A DNA stretch of 64,000 nt from an uncultured Alphaproteobacteria bacterium (lineage in GTDB: Bacteria; Pseudomonadota; Alphaproteobacteria; Rs-D84): NCBI GenBank assembly GCA_944393245.1, contig CALXZM010000003.1, positions 103,838 through 167,837 of the forward strand, read 5' to 3'. The notes below the pieces were generated by a model. That model had not been told where the DNA came from. It ran no database searches and was given only the letters and a program-made list of their open reading frames with translations. Below are positions 1 through 9,245 of the stretch, in pieces; position 1 is the first letter of the stretch, and every line of letters begins with the position of its first letter. Made by a program: the position numbers and the translations under genes.

Positions 1-3000
1 GCAATTATGCCGGCAGTGGCGACGGTCAATAATCCGGCCGATGTAGAAAATTGGAGTGGTACAATCGTTGAAAAAACAGATGAAAGTGTCCCTGGGGGAA
101 TATTAAATATTGCAGCGGGGGAAAACGTTGGAAATATAAATGCAGGTACTGTTGAAAATAATAAAATTGTTTTAACAAAAACTGCTGACAAGGGAACCGC
201 AGAAGTGCTTGGCCAGGGGGCCGTGATTTACAGTCATGGCGATATTGCGGCAATTAATGGAACATTTAAAAATAATTCAATTTCAAATACATCGGAAACT
301 GCAACCAAGGCAACGGCCAATGGGGGCGCGTTCGCATTGTATGCTGGGACCAATATCGGTGAAATAAATGGCGATTTTATTGGCAACAGTGTCAGTTCAA
401 CATACAGTGGTGATGGAACAACTGAATACACCAGTGGCAGTCAAATATCGGCCGGTGGTGGTGCCATGCATATAGAGGGCCAATATGGTAATTCTGCTGT
501 TAAAATAGGAACAATCACAGGTAACTTTATTGGTAACAGTGCAACTGGTGATGGGTATGCAAATGGTGGTGCAATTTATATCAAGGGCGGTGCAGATCGT
601 GCAGGACAGCAGGGGTATCTTGTTTCTGTTGATAAAATAGTTGGTAATTTTGAAAACAATTCTGTTGTTGCAAAAACTGGTACATCGGCAAATAAAAAAG
701 CATCCACAGGTGGGGCGATTTCAATTAAAAATGCTGAAAAAGATGTTACAGGGGCAACTGTAAATATTGTCGGGAATTTTACAAACAATTCGGTTACAAC
801 AAATGGTACTGATGCGCTGGGGGGGGCAATTTATAACGAAGGTGCATTGACCGTTAGTGGCGATTTTATAAACAATATTGCAAAGTCAGAAACTGGGGCT
901 GCATGGGGTGGCGCAATTAACAATACTGGTGATTTGGTAATTAAGGGTGGAAAAATGATTACCGATAACAGTGCTGGATTTGGTGGTGCCATCTGGAATG
1001 AAGGCAATATGACATTTGATTTGGAATTTGATGGTGATAATCGGTATATTGTATTCGGTAATAACCAGGCAACCGCAGAATTGGGGGCCGGTGGTGCAAT
1101 TTATAACAAGGGCACAATAGATAATTTGTCACATGCGTTGTTCCAGTATAACAGTGCATTTCAGGGCGGCGCAATTAACAATAATATTTCTGGGGTAATT
1201 AATAATATTTCGGCGTCAACATTTGCCAATAATAATGCGGGTTGGTCCGCTGGTGGTGCAATCCGTAACCAGGGTAAAATCGGGACTATGTCTGGGTTGA
1301 TTTTCCGTGAAAACAAGTCTGGTAACGGTGGTGCATTGTGGAATGGAACCGCAGGCAGTGTGGTTGAATCTTTGTCAGATGTTGACTTTATCGGCAATAT
1401 CGCTATTTCAGATAATGAAAAGGCCGAACAACAGGGTGGCGCAATAACAAATGCCGGCAGAATAAATTTGATTTCTGATGCTGATTTTACCAGTAATCAG
1501 GCCGGGGTTCGTGGCGGGGCAATTGCCAATGTGGCCCCCCAGGGTGAATCTGATAATTATATCAAGTTACAGGATACAACGTTTACCGGTAATATCGCAG
1601 GGCAAGAAGGGGGCGCAATTTGGAATACCGCCAGTGGTGTAATTGATTTTGCGGGCGATAATATATTTACTGACAATGTTGCCAATGGTGTTGGAAATGA
1701 TATTCATAATTTAGGAACGGTTAATATTGTCAGTGGTACTACATCTATTAATGGTGGTATTACAGGTGATGGTACTTTGACAATTGCAGATGGGGCAACG
1801 TTGGATATTGGAACTGCAACCATACAACAAGGGACGCTGAATCTGGATGGAATATTGGCGGCCGATTTGATTAATGAACAAGCGTTCGGTCATATCGATG
1901 TTGATAATTTTAATGTCGGTGCTGATGGAAAGTTGGATTTAACGTTTGGATCCGCAGGTACGTACGATTTCGGTGGTGTAATCGCATCCGATAAAATAAC
2001 GTACAAAGATGGTATATATAATGTTGATGTTGATGGGTCAAATATTATTGTGTCAACCAAGACTGTTGATGAAATTACCGAATCGGCGAATTTAACAACT
2101 GGGGCGGCAATTGCGTTGGTTGGGTTGGCGAACAGCGATAATATTGCGATGAATATTGCATCGTTGAATGCGCAAAATGCATTGAATAATGGCGATATTG
2201 AATATATTGAAAATGAATCAGCAAAGTTACATGCCGAAGACAAACCTGTTGCGCAATCGGTTGCAACATCTGTTCAGAACCAGGTGTTGTCGTTGGCCAC
2301 ATCACGCATGGCTGGTGGGGCGGCAATGGGACGCAGCGGTGGTGATTTGGCTGATGTTGAATATGGTGCGTGGGCCCAGGGACTGATGAACCGTACAAAA
2401 TATGCAGATAAATTCAATGGTGATACAAACGGTATTGCCGTTGGTGCAGATGCGTTGATTGGCGGTAAATATACAATTGGTATTGGGTATGCATATAACA
2501 CAACAGATGTTAATTCAAGTACGCGTGATACTGATATAACCAGCAACAGTTTGTTCCTGTATGGGCAGTACAAGCCGAACAAATGGTATGTTAACGCTGC
2601 GTTGAATTATACGATGGCAAATTATACTGAAATGACGACTGCGTTCGGTGCAATGTTTAACCCGGAATATGATGTCGATTCGTTCGGTGGCCAGGTTATG
2701 ACCGGTTATGATTTTGCATCTGGATTAACGCCGGAAATAGGTGCGCGTTATTTGCACGTGTCCCAGGATGCGTATAATAACGGACTGTTTGATATTGCGT
2801 CCAGTGATACGGATTATTTAACTGGGGTTGCGGGATTAAAGTATGCATTTACAATTGAATCCCAGGCACGTTTGAAATTCCGTCCGGAAATTCGTGCTGC
2901 GGCAACATATGATTTTATGTCTGATGCGGCAATTGCGAATGTTTCTGTGCCGGGGGCAGGGTCATATGTGGTTACCGGTGAACGTTTGTCACGTTTGGGT

Positions 3001-3126
3001 GGCGAATTTGGTATCGGATTATCCGCATTGTATGAAGGAATGGAAATTTCCATAAACTATGATTTGGATTTGCATGAACATTATACATCCCAGACCGGTA
3101 TGGTGAAATTCAGACTGGATTTCTAG
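1..3126 (+). CDS. Autotransporter outer-membrane protein, 5'-truncated by the window edge. Passenger carries Pmp-type GGA[ILV]/FxxN repeats; C-terminal beta-barrel translocator
   Basis: Long ORF running from the window start. Dozens of GGAI(Y/W/A)N and F(T/E/I)(N/G)NS(V/A) repeats. C-terminal ~280 aa show alternating beta-strand pattern ending ...MVKFRLDF. Followed by a 48-bp perfect palindrome terminator. Confidence 0.75.
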   Translation, partial: AIMPAVATVNNPADVENWSGTIVEKTDESVPGGILNIAAGENVGNINAGTVENNKIVLTKTADKGTAEVLGQGAVIYSHGDIAAINGTFKNNSISNTSETATKATANGGAFALYAGTNIGEINGDFIGNSVSSTYSGDGTTEYTSGSQISAGGGAMHIEGQYGNSAVKIGTITGNFIGNSATGDGYANGGAIYIKGGADRAGQQGYLVSVDKIVGNFENNSVVAKTGTSANKKASTGGAISIKNAEKDVTGATVNIVGNFTNNSVTTNGTDALGGAIYNEGALTVSGDFINNIAKSETGAAWGGAINNTGDLVIKGGKMITDNSAGFGGAIWNEGNMTFDLEFDGDNRYIVFGNNQATAELGAGGAIYNKGTIDNLSHALFQYNSAFQGGAINNNISGVINNISASTFANNNAGWSAGGAIRNQGKIGTMSGLIFRENKSGNGGALWNGTAGSVVESLSDVDFIGNIAISDNEKAEQQGGAITNAGRINLISDADFTSNQAGVRGGAIANVAPQGESDNYIKLQDTTFTGNIAGQEGGAIWNTASGVIDFAGDNIFTDNVANGVGNDIHNLGTVNIVSGTTSINGGITGDGTLTIADGATLDIGTATIQQGTLNLDGILAADLINEQAFGHIDVDNFNVGADGKLDLTFGSAGTYDFGGVIASDKITYKDGIYNVDVDGSNIIVSTKTVDEITESANLTTGAAIALVGLANSDNIAMNIASLNAQNALNNGDIEYIENESAKLHAEDKPVAQSVATSVQNQVLSLATSRMAGGAAMGRSGGDLADVEYGAWAQGLMNRTKYADKFNGDTNGIAVGADALIGGKYTIGIGYAYNTTDVNSSTRDTDITSNSLFLYGQYKPNKWYVNAALNYTMANYTEMTTAFGAMFNPEYDVDSFGGQVMTGYDFASGLTPEIGARYLHVSQDAYNNGLFDIASSDTDYLTGVAGLKYAFTIESQARLKFRPEIRAAATYDFMSDAAIANVSVPGAGSYVVTGERLSRLGGEFGIGLSALYEGMEISINYDLDLHEHYTSQTGMVKFRLDF

Positions 3127-3140
3127 GGTCGGCGATGTAT

Positions 3141-3188
3141 ATCGCACAAATAAAAATCCCCGGATGTCCGGGGATTTTTATTTGTGCG
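3141..3188. terminator. Bidirectional rho-independent terminator (48-bp perfect palindrome with T/A runs)
   Basis: tcgcacaaataaaaatccccggatgtccggggatttttatttgtgcga lies between convergent genes. Confidence 0.7.
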
Positions 3189-3209
3189 AATAATTTATCC
3201 GTTGCAACT

Positions 3210-3920
3210 TTAATCCTTGGTAAAATAGATTTTACGTTGTGATTCAGATACGGATTCCATTTTATCAAATATGCTTTTGGCGGCGGATTCATCAGCCGGT
3301 GCATTTGTAGACGAATTTGAAAAATCCGCACCGTTCAGAACAATTATTCGACTGGGGGTAATATCACCGCCGTTGCATTCGATGTAATATTTTGCCATAT
3401 CGTAATATTTGCCATAACAGTTATTGTTTACGGTCGCAACGTATCCGTAATCGGCCAATTCCTGGCATGTTGGTTGGGCACCATACGTTATTTCACCGTT
3501 TTCCAAATATTCGTCGGCATTGTCCAGTATCCCATTGCACCAAACACGTACGTATTTACCATTAACAGATGCCATTGCACCATTTTCCATGGTTTTACGC
3601 ATACCAAAACAATCGCCATTTAGTAAATCTGTGTCAAAATCTTTATTTATGTTTGTGCCACGTTCTATATCACGTCGACCCATTGGAACAGGTTGATAAT
3701 CGCCACCTGAAACCAATGCTTCGGGACAAATCATTTTCATGCCCCAACAACCCGTTTCATTATCCCACAATTCGCCATCATAACCAATGCCCATTGTTGC
3801 ATAACAATCGGTTGGATCCAGTTTGCACACAGTTGGTTGTTCCCACCATGGAACTGATGCAGCAATTGCACCAGGCGCGGTCAGGGCAAAAATTGCAGGT
3901 ATTATGAATGTTCGTTTCAT
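3210..3920 (-). CDS. Secreted cysteine-rich hypothetical protein (236 aa)
   Basis: Start moved to the internal Met (MKRTFIIPAIFALTAPGAIAAS signal peptide) preceded by GGGAAG RBS. 12 Cys. No recognisable family. Directly downstream of a large Cys-rich family gene on the same strand. Confidence 0.6.
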   Translation of the reverse strand: MKRTFIIPAIFALTAPGAIAASVPWWEQPTVCKLDPTDCYATMGIGYDGELWDNETGCWGMKMICPEALVSGGDYQPVPMGRRDIERGTNINKDFDTDLLNGDCFGMRKTMENGAMASVNGKYVRVWCNGILDNADEYLENGEITYGAQPTCQELADYGYVATVNNNCYGKYYDMAKYYIECNGGDITPSRIIVLNGADFSNSSTNAPADESAAKSIFDKMESVSESQRKIYFTKD

Positions 3921-4001
3921 TTTCTTCCCTTCTTTGTCAAAATTGTAACAAATTTTTTTTATCAAGGCAAGGTTACTTATTCATTTGTCTTTATTATATT
4001 A

Positions 4002-6524
4002 TTATGGTGTAATCTGGGCTGATATAATTCCCTGAATAAACGTTTTATCTGGTTCAGCACAGAAACCCCATTTTGTGTTTGATCCTGTTTCGTCATAGAA
4101 CAATTTGAATAACTTTTGACCAGTTTTGTCATGTTTTTCATCATTGCCATCGTTATCAATCCATTGGGTGGAAACCCATGTCCCGCCCAAGCGTTCACAT
4201 TCTGCTGATAATGCGTTTGCCATATCAACACGAATAGAATCCATTACAATGTTTACATCCTGTAAAACAGTTTCAGGGATTTTGGCACCGGCTGCCCCAG
4301 AAATAATCGCGTCATATTCAGATGGGCGAACACATACCTGGGTCGCATATTTTACCATTTTTTGATATAAACTGCCGGCGTAATCTTCACCACAATCTGT
4401 GTCGGTTTCGACACCGCTTTCACCACCCTGGGGCGGATTTGTACCCCCAGGACACAATGAATCAGTTGGACATTGCAAACATCTGTTCCCAGCCGTTGGG
4501 GTGCCATTGTATATCCATGTGTTGCTGGTTTGCTGTATTGCCATATAGTATCCAGGATTACATGATGTATACATGCGGTATTCCGTACATACATATCCCC
4601 TGGTTTCGGTGGGGATGTCGGGGCTTTGGCCCGTGTTGGGCAATTCTTCCCATTGTTTTTGATTACACCACCAATTAGATGCGTATATTGCGTCACCGGG
4701 TGCGTATACGCGACAGCCATATGGATAAGAATGCAAATTGTCGTTGCTGGGGACGGTGCACATGTCTTGGGCGAATGCTTCCAGTAATGTTTGGCATTGG
4801 GCTTCTAGTTTTTGATCTGTTAAATCGTGCATTGCGGTTAACAGCAAATCCAGGCCGTCGCCATTTGGGTCACCGTACAAATTGCTGCATGCGTACAGTT
4901 TTTCCTGGCATAATTCTTCGGATAATTCCAGACGTGAACCCAATAATAATTCTTCTTGGGCATTGCTAAAATCTTTTAATGATTCACTTTGTTCGTTATA
5001 GCATTGGTTTACAACGTCCAGGCATTCATTTTTTACGTCGCGGATTTTTTCCTGTTGGCCCTGGTATATTTCAACAATTGCCTGGCGCATAAATTCATCC
5101 CAGACTTCATCTGCGATGTCACGGCATGTTTCCAGGCCACGTTCTGCGTATATGCGCTTTTTGTTTAATTCTGAAACAATCATTGTATTATATGCGTTTT
5201 TCAATACATCACCATCCAATGATATTTGATTGCCCAATTGATAAAAGTCACGTGAATATATTGGTTCGCCAGTATCACGATTTAAATATCGGCCCGTTAT
5301 ATCCAGGCAATGAACATAATCTGTGCCACATGCGGTATCAGCCGTTATGTCGGCGCGAACCTGGGCAATACAGTCATTAATTGATGTAGAATTGTGGGCG
5401 TTATAGTTTTCCAAACGTGCCTGGTTCATGTTGCGTTCTGTTTCGCGAATTGTACTGTTGGCCTGAACCAGTTGTGAATCCAAGGCGTTCATCAATAATG
5501 AACAATCGTTTTCAATATACATTCCGTATGCAGATACAACCATGTTCAATGTTGATTGTGATGGGCATTGGGCTGAAACTAAATTTACGCATTGGGCGTG
5601 AACGGCATTGTATAATGCTTCACCAGTCAGGTTGGATATGTTTTGACCAGATGCCAAATCCGTTGTGGCCCATATCTGATTTATGTCGCCCGCAATGTCC
5701 AACGTACCCAATGTGGACAAAGATTGACTTTTAGATGATGATAAAACTTCCCTTATGCCGGCCAATTGTTGGGCGGAATCTGATTTATCTTCGATAATGG
5801 CCAATTCGCCTTCACTGGCGTTTAGCATTGCGTTTACTTCGGCCGCTGTTTTGGGGATAACCTCTATATTTAAATCTGTAAAATCCTGAATTTGGTCCGA
5901 TGCCTGGGACAGGGCGCGTTCGCGTTCCTGGATATCTGTTAACCTGGAAGAACACACGCAGCGGCGGTAAGTGTCGTTGGCGGTGGCACAAAATTGATCC
6001 ATGCATGTAAAATACGCATTGCGACATTGATTATATTCCGTGCCAAATGTATTTGTTACGCTGGATGGGGCAATTGTTGTTGCGCGTGCCGATGATGCGC
6101 GCGCAGTACGGGCAACAGTCCCAGATGTATCACGCGATGTTGAATTACGAACAATTGTATTGTTTGATGTGTTGCGCGCAGATGAATTGTTTTGGCGTAT
6201 TGCGGCCCCGGTTGCGGTGCGGGCAACTGTTGCAGAACGTGATTGGCCTGAACTATCTGTGTTACTGGGTGTGCGCGAATTAGTGTTAGATGTCGTTGGA
6301 CGGGTTATTGTGTTTTGCGCAGTGTTGCGTGCCGTCGTGCCACGCATGGCAATTGTGCCATTTGATGCTTGGTTTGGTGTTCGTGTTGTGCGTGCGATTA
6401 CGGCCGTCGTTTGGTCTGTATTTTGTGTTTGCGGGCGAACAACCGTGTTTGCATCACGTACAGCAGCATCGACATTTGCGATGCCAAATAAACACGCAAT
6501 AACAAAGGACACTATTTTTTTCAT
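4002..6524 (-). CDS. Large secreted Cys-rich coiled-coil protein, family member 1 (840 aa)
   Basis: Signal peptide MKKIVSFVIACLFGIANVDA. Then ~150 aa T/R/N/S low-complexity. Then motif CRNAYFTCMDQFC...CVCSS and coiled-coil. Shares ACGTDYVHCLDITGRYLNRDTGEPI with the 50183-53437 protein. Confidence 0.7.
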   Translation of the reverse strand: MKKIVSFVIACLFGIANVDAAVRDANTVVRPQTQNTDQTTAVIARTTRTPNQASNGTIAMRGTTARNTAQNTITRPTTSNTNSRTPSNTDSSGQSRSATVARTATGAAIRQNNSSARNTSNNTIVRNSTSRDTSGTVARTARASSARATTIAPSSVTNTFGTEYNQCRNAYFTCMDQFCATANDTYRRCVCSSRLTDIQERERALSQASDQIQDFTDLNIEVIPKTAAEVNAMLNASEGELAIIEDKSDSAQQLAGIREVLSSSKSQSLSTLGTLDIAGDINQIWATTDLASGQNISNLTGEALYNAVHAQCVNLVSAQCPSQSTLNMVVSAYGMYIENDCSLLMNALDSQLVQANSTIRETERNMNQARLENYNAHNSTSINDCIAQVRADITADTACGTDYVHCLDITGRYLNRDTGEPIYSRDFYQLGNQISLDGDVLKNAYNTMIVSELNKKRIYAERGLETCRDIADEVWDEFMRQAIVEIYQGQQEKIRDVKNECLDVVNQCYNEQSESLKDFSNAQEELLLGSRLELSEELCQEKLYACSNLYGDPNGDGLDLLLTAMHDLTDQKLEAQCQTLLEAFAQDMCTVPSNDNLHSYPYGCRVYAPGDAIYASNWWCNQKQWEELPNTGQSPDIPTETRGYVCTEYRMYTSCNPGYYMAIQQTSNTWIYNGTPTAGNRCLQCPTDSLCPGGTNPPQGGESGVETDTDCGEDYAGSLYQKMVKYATQVCVRPSEYDAIISGAAGAKIPETVLQDVNIVMDSIRVDMANALSAECERLGGTWVSTQWIDNDGNDEKHDKTGQKLFKLFYDETGSNTKWGFCAEPDKTFIQGIISAQITP

Positions 6525-6627
6525 TATATTATTATATAATGATAGCAAAAATCTGTTTTTATTAAAAGTGATATTTGTTGTAAATGCGGAATTTATAAAA
6601 CAAAACCGTCAATTAAGACGGTTGTTT

Positions 6628-6879
6628 TTATGCGTTTGCAGATTGGTCCGTTGATGGACGATTGCGTTCAACAAATGTTATTCGACCCTTGTCCAAATCG
6701 TATGGGGTCATTTCAACGCGGACGTGTTCACCAACGTTGACCCAGATGCGGGCCTTGCGCATTTTGCCACATACGGTTGCCAATATTTCATGACCGTTTT
6801 CCAATCTGACACGGAACATTGTGTTTGGTAATTTGTCTTCTACAACGCCGCTAAAAACGATAACATCATCTTTTGCCAT
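6628..6879 (-). CDS. infA: Translation initiation factor IF-1 with a short C-terminal extension
   Basis: [40 protein letters not shown]...[14 protein letters not shown] matches the IF-1 S1-like fold. Hairpin terminator downstream at ~6600-6630. Confidence 0.9.
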   Translation of the reverse strand: MAKDDVIVFSGVVEDKLPNTMFRVRLENGHEILATVCGKMRKARIWVNVGEHVRVEMTPYDLDKGRITFVERNRPSTDQSANA

Positions 6880-7025
6880 ATATTTTCCTATGTTTTTACT
6901 GTAATTTTTTAACGCAAATTATAATATGCTTTTATAAAAACAAAAGCAAGTTGTTTTTATTATGCTTGCGCGGACAGGCATGTTTTGATAAAATAGTATG
7001 AAATAACAATGTAGGAAGGAAAGTC

Positions 7026-9185
7026 ATGAAGTTAGGAATATTATTCGCTGTATTGTGCTTTATTCCGGGGCTGGCCGATGCAGCAACGCGTGACAGTGCC
7101 AATGTGCGCGTCGGTGTAAACCGTATGGCTCAGGCGGGGGTACATTCGTCGGCAAATATGTCGGTGGATTTGCCCAGTGGTACAAATTCCATGCCTACAT
7201 TAAATATCAAACCGGGTACACCATCATCAGGGGGCGGAACGTCCGATACTGATACAGATAAAGATAATGGGGATTCTGATAATTCGTCATCGCAGGTTCC
7301 AACACCGGAAAGTTGTCGTGACGCGTATCGGGCTTGCATGGACGAATTCTGTTTGTTGGATGAATCAGAGGGTGGACGTTGCGCGTGTTCGTCTAATATC
7401 AATCAATCAAAATCACTGATTCAGGAAATTCAAGAAATTCAGCAAGAGGCTGATTTGCTGTATACCGAGGGTGTAGAACGTGAACAAATGGGTGCCCAGG
7501 CAAAATTAGTTTTCGGTGAAAGTGAAGAGGCGCAAAAAAGTTCACGTGTGTCGGGTATCAATTTTGCAGAATGGATAAACAGCAGTTCAGAAGAGGATGC
7601 GTCCCTGGGGGGTGACAGTGATATTGGTGATCCATTATACGCCATGGCTGCGGAATATTGTGCGGCTGAGTTGGAGGCGTGTGGTGATCGGGCAGAAATG
7701 GAAGAGGTTTTATATTCGCGTTTGATTGTTCAGGATTGTAAAAATTTTGAAACATATCTGAATGATCAAAAGGCCATTGCTGAATCAAATAAACGCACGG
7801 CCGAGGCTGCTGTTCGTCAGGCGCGTTTACAGATGTTGGACACAACGAATAAATACAATCGCGGTGAATGTTTGTTGGCGTATCGTTCATGTATTGCTGA
7901 CAAGGGTGGTTGTGGTGTGAATTTTGAAAACTGTCTGGACGCGGATTTGTTACAGCGTCGTGCAAATGCGTGCGAAAATGTATTGGATCAATGTATGGCG
8001 GTGCGTGAATATGTTTTAAATGATTGGCAGGAAGAGGCCGTAAGCATTTTAGCTGATGCTGAAAAATACGCTGATCGAAATGCGCGTGGTACATGTTTGG
8101 CCCGTATTCAGTTGTGTTTGGAAGACAGTTGTTCCACAGAAACAAATTCTGCGTGTTTGACCGATGTTAATGTTGCGGCGGGAATTTGCCCGGTTATAGA
8201 CGAATGCGAAGCAATGATTCCGGGTATTAAATCTGTGGTGGTTGACAAGTTGGGATATTTGCGCACGCAATTCTGTCAAAATGACGTTGATGCGTGTTTG
8301 CGTGACAGATGTGGTGAAAACTTTACTGCACCGGAATGCATTGGTAAAAATCCGTCGGAAATTGCAGCAATGTGTCCACAGGATATGTTTCCGTCGTGTA
8401 AAAACGAGGGGCAGTTTGACATCATAGTTCAGGCCGCGTTATTACAGATGGATTACCAAATGTTACAGGGATGTCTGAATTATTTTGGTGAACGTTTGGG
8501 GGCGGTTTGCGGAACGGATATGTCCTGTCTGCCGACGGATACACAAATTGCATCATTGACCGCCGTCCCAACAGAGCAGGCAGATTTAGCCAATTTGCGT
8601 GACAGTGTTCGTGCAAATACAAGAAATGCGGTTGATGAATTTTTTGTCCAGTTTGAACAGGATAAAACCGTTGCAGCGTGTCAGGACAGCCAAAAGCCAG
8701 CCGATCGTGAAAGTTTGGGTGACAGTGTGTTTAACAGTGCCAAAATGATTGCCCAAATAAATGCAGAAAATCGTGCTATGCGTGAATTGGAATCCAAGAT
8801 TGCTGAATTGTCACGTCAACAGGATTTAGATGCGGCTGAACAAAACTGTTACAATATGTATCAGGTTGAAACACCGGATGAATCCAGCAAGAATTACAGT
8901 TATATCCGCAGTGTTTCATTTGAACCTGCGTTGCGTAATTGCCATGTTTGCCGTATGCAACAGGTGTGCGAAACAGGTGGACAGAATAAATGGACTGGTG
9001 CCGCACAGGGCGTTGCAGGCGGTTTGGCGGCCGGTGCATCAATGGGAACAATGGTAAATGCCGGTTGGGGTACTTTAATCGGTGGTGTTGTCGGTGCCGT
9101 TGGTGGTGGATTGATGGGGGGCCTGGGCAGTGGTGAAGAAGAATTCTGTCAGGAAATAGAAACCTGTGAAGATATTAATATGTAA
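7026..9185 (+). CDS. Large secreted Cys-rich coiled-coil protein, family member 2 (719 aa). Gly-zipper-like C-terminal segment, tail ...CEDINM
   Basis: AGGAAGGAAAG RBS. Signal peptide MKLGILFAVLCFIPGLADA. Motifs SCRDAYRACMDEFC...CACSS, CGVNFENCLD, ACENVLDQCMAVREYV. C-terminal GGLAAGASMGTMVNAGWGTLIGGVVGAVGGGLMGGLG. Confidence 0.7.
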   Translation: MKLGILFAVLCFIPGLADAATRDSANVRVGVNRMAQAGVHSSANMSVDLPSGTNSMPTLNIKPGTPSSGGGTSDTDTDKDNGDSDNSSSQVPTPESCRDAYRACMDEFCLLDESEGGRCACSSNINQSKSLIQEIQEIQQEADLLYTEGVEREQMGAQAKLVFGESEEAQKSSRVSGINFAEWINSSSEEDASLGGDSDIGDPLYAMAAEYCAAELEACGDRAEMEEVLYSRLIVQDCKNFETYLNDQKAIAESNKRTAEAAVRQARLQMLDTTNKYNRGECLLAYRSCIADKGGCGVNFENCLDADLLQRRANACENVLDQCMAVREYVLNDWQEEAVSILADAEKYADRNARGTCLARIQLCLEDSCSTETNSACLTDVNVAAGICPVIDECEAMIPGIKSVVVDKLGYLRTQFCQNDVDACLRDRCGENFTAPECIGKNPSEIAAMCPQDMFPSCKNEGQFDIIVQAALLQMDYQMLQGCLNYFGERLGAVCGTDMSCLPTDTQIASLTAVPTEQADLANLRDSVRANTRNAVDEFFVQFEQDKTVAACQDSQKPADRESLGDSVFNSAKMIAQINAENRAMRELESKIAELSRQQDLDAAEQNCYNMYQVETPDESSKNYSYIRSVSFEPALRNCHVCRMQQVCETGGQNKWTGAAQGVAGGLAAGASMGTMVNAGWGTLIGGVVGAVGGGLMGGLGSGEEEFCQEIETCEDINM

Positions 9186-9245
9186 TATCGGGGGAATGGC
9201 CCCCATATTGCATATAATACATTTGGTATGACGAGAGAGCATAAA

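Noticed and set aside
6040-6654. 204-aa antisense ORF inside gene 4002-6524 (similar long antisense ORFs at 52893-53471 and 16163-16648)
   Set aside because: These are generated by the Thr/Arg codon-rich low-complexity tracts of the sense genes. They have no RBS or independent signal, so they are artefacts.
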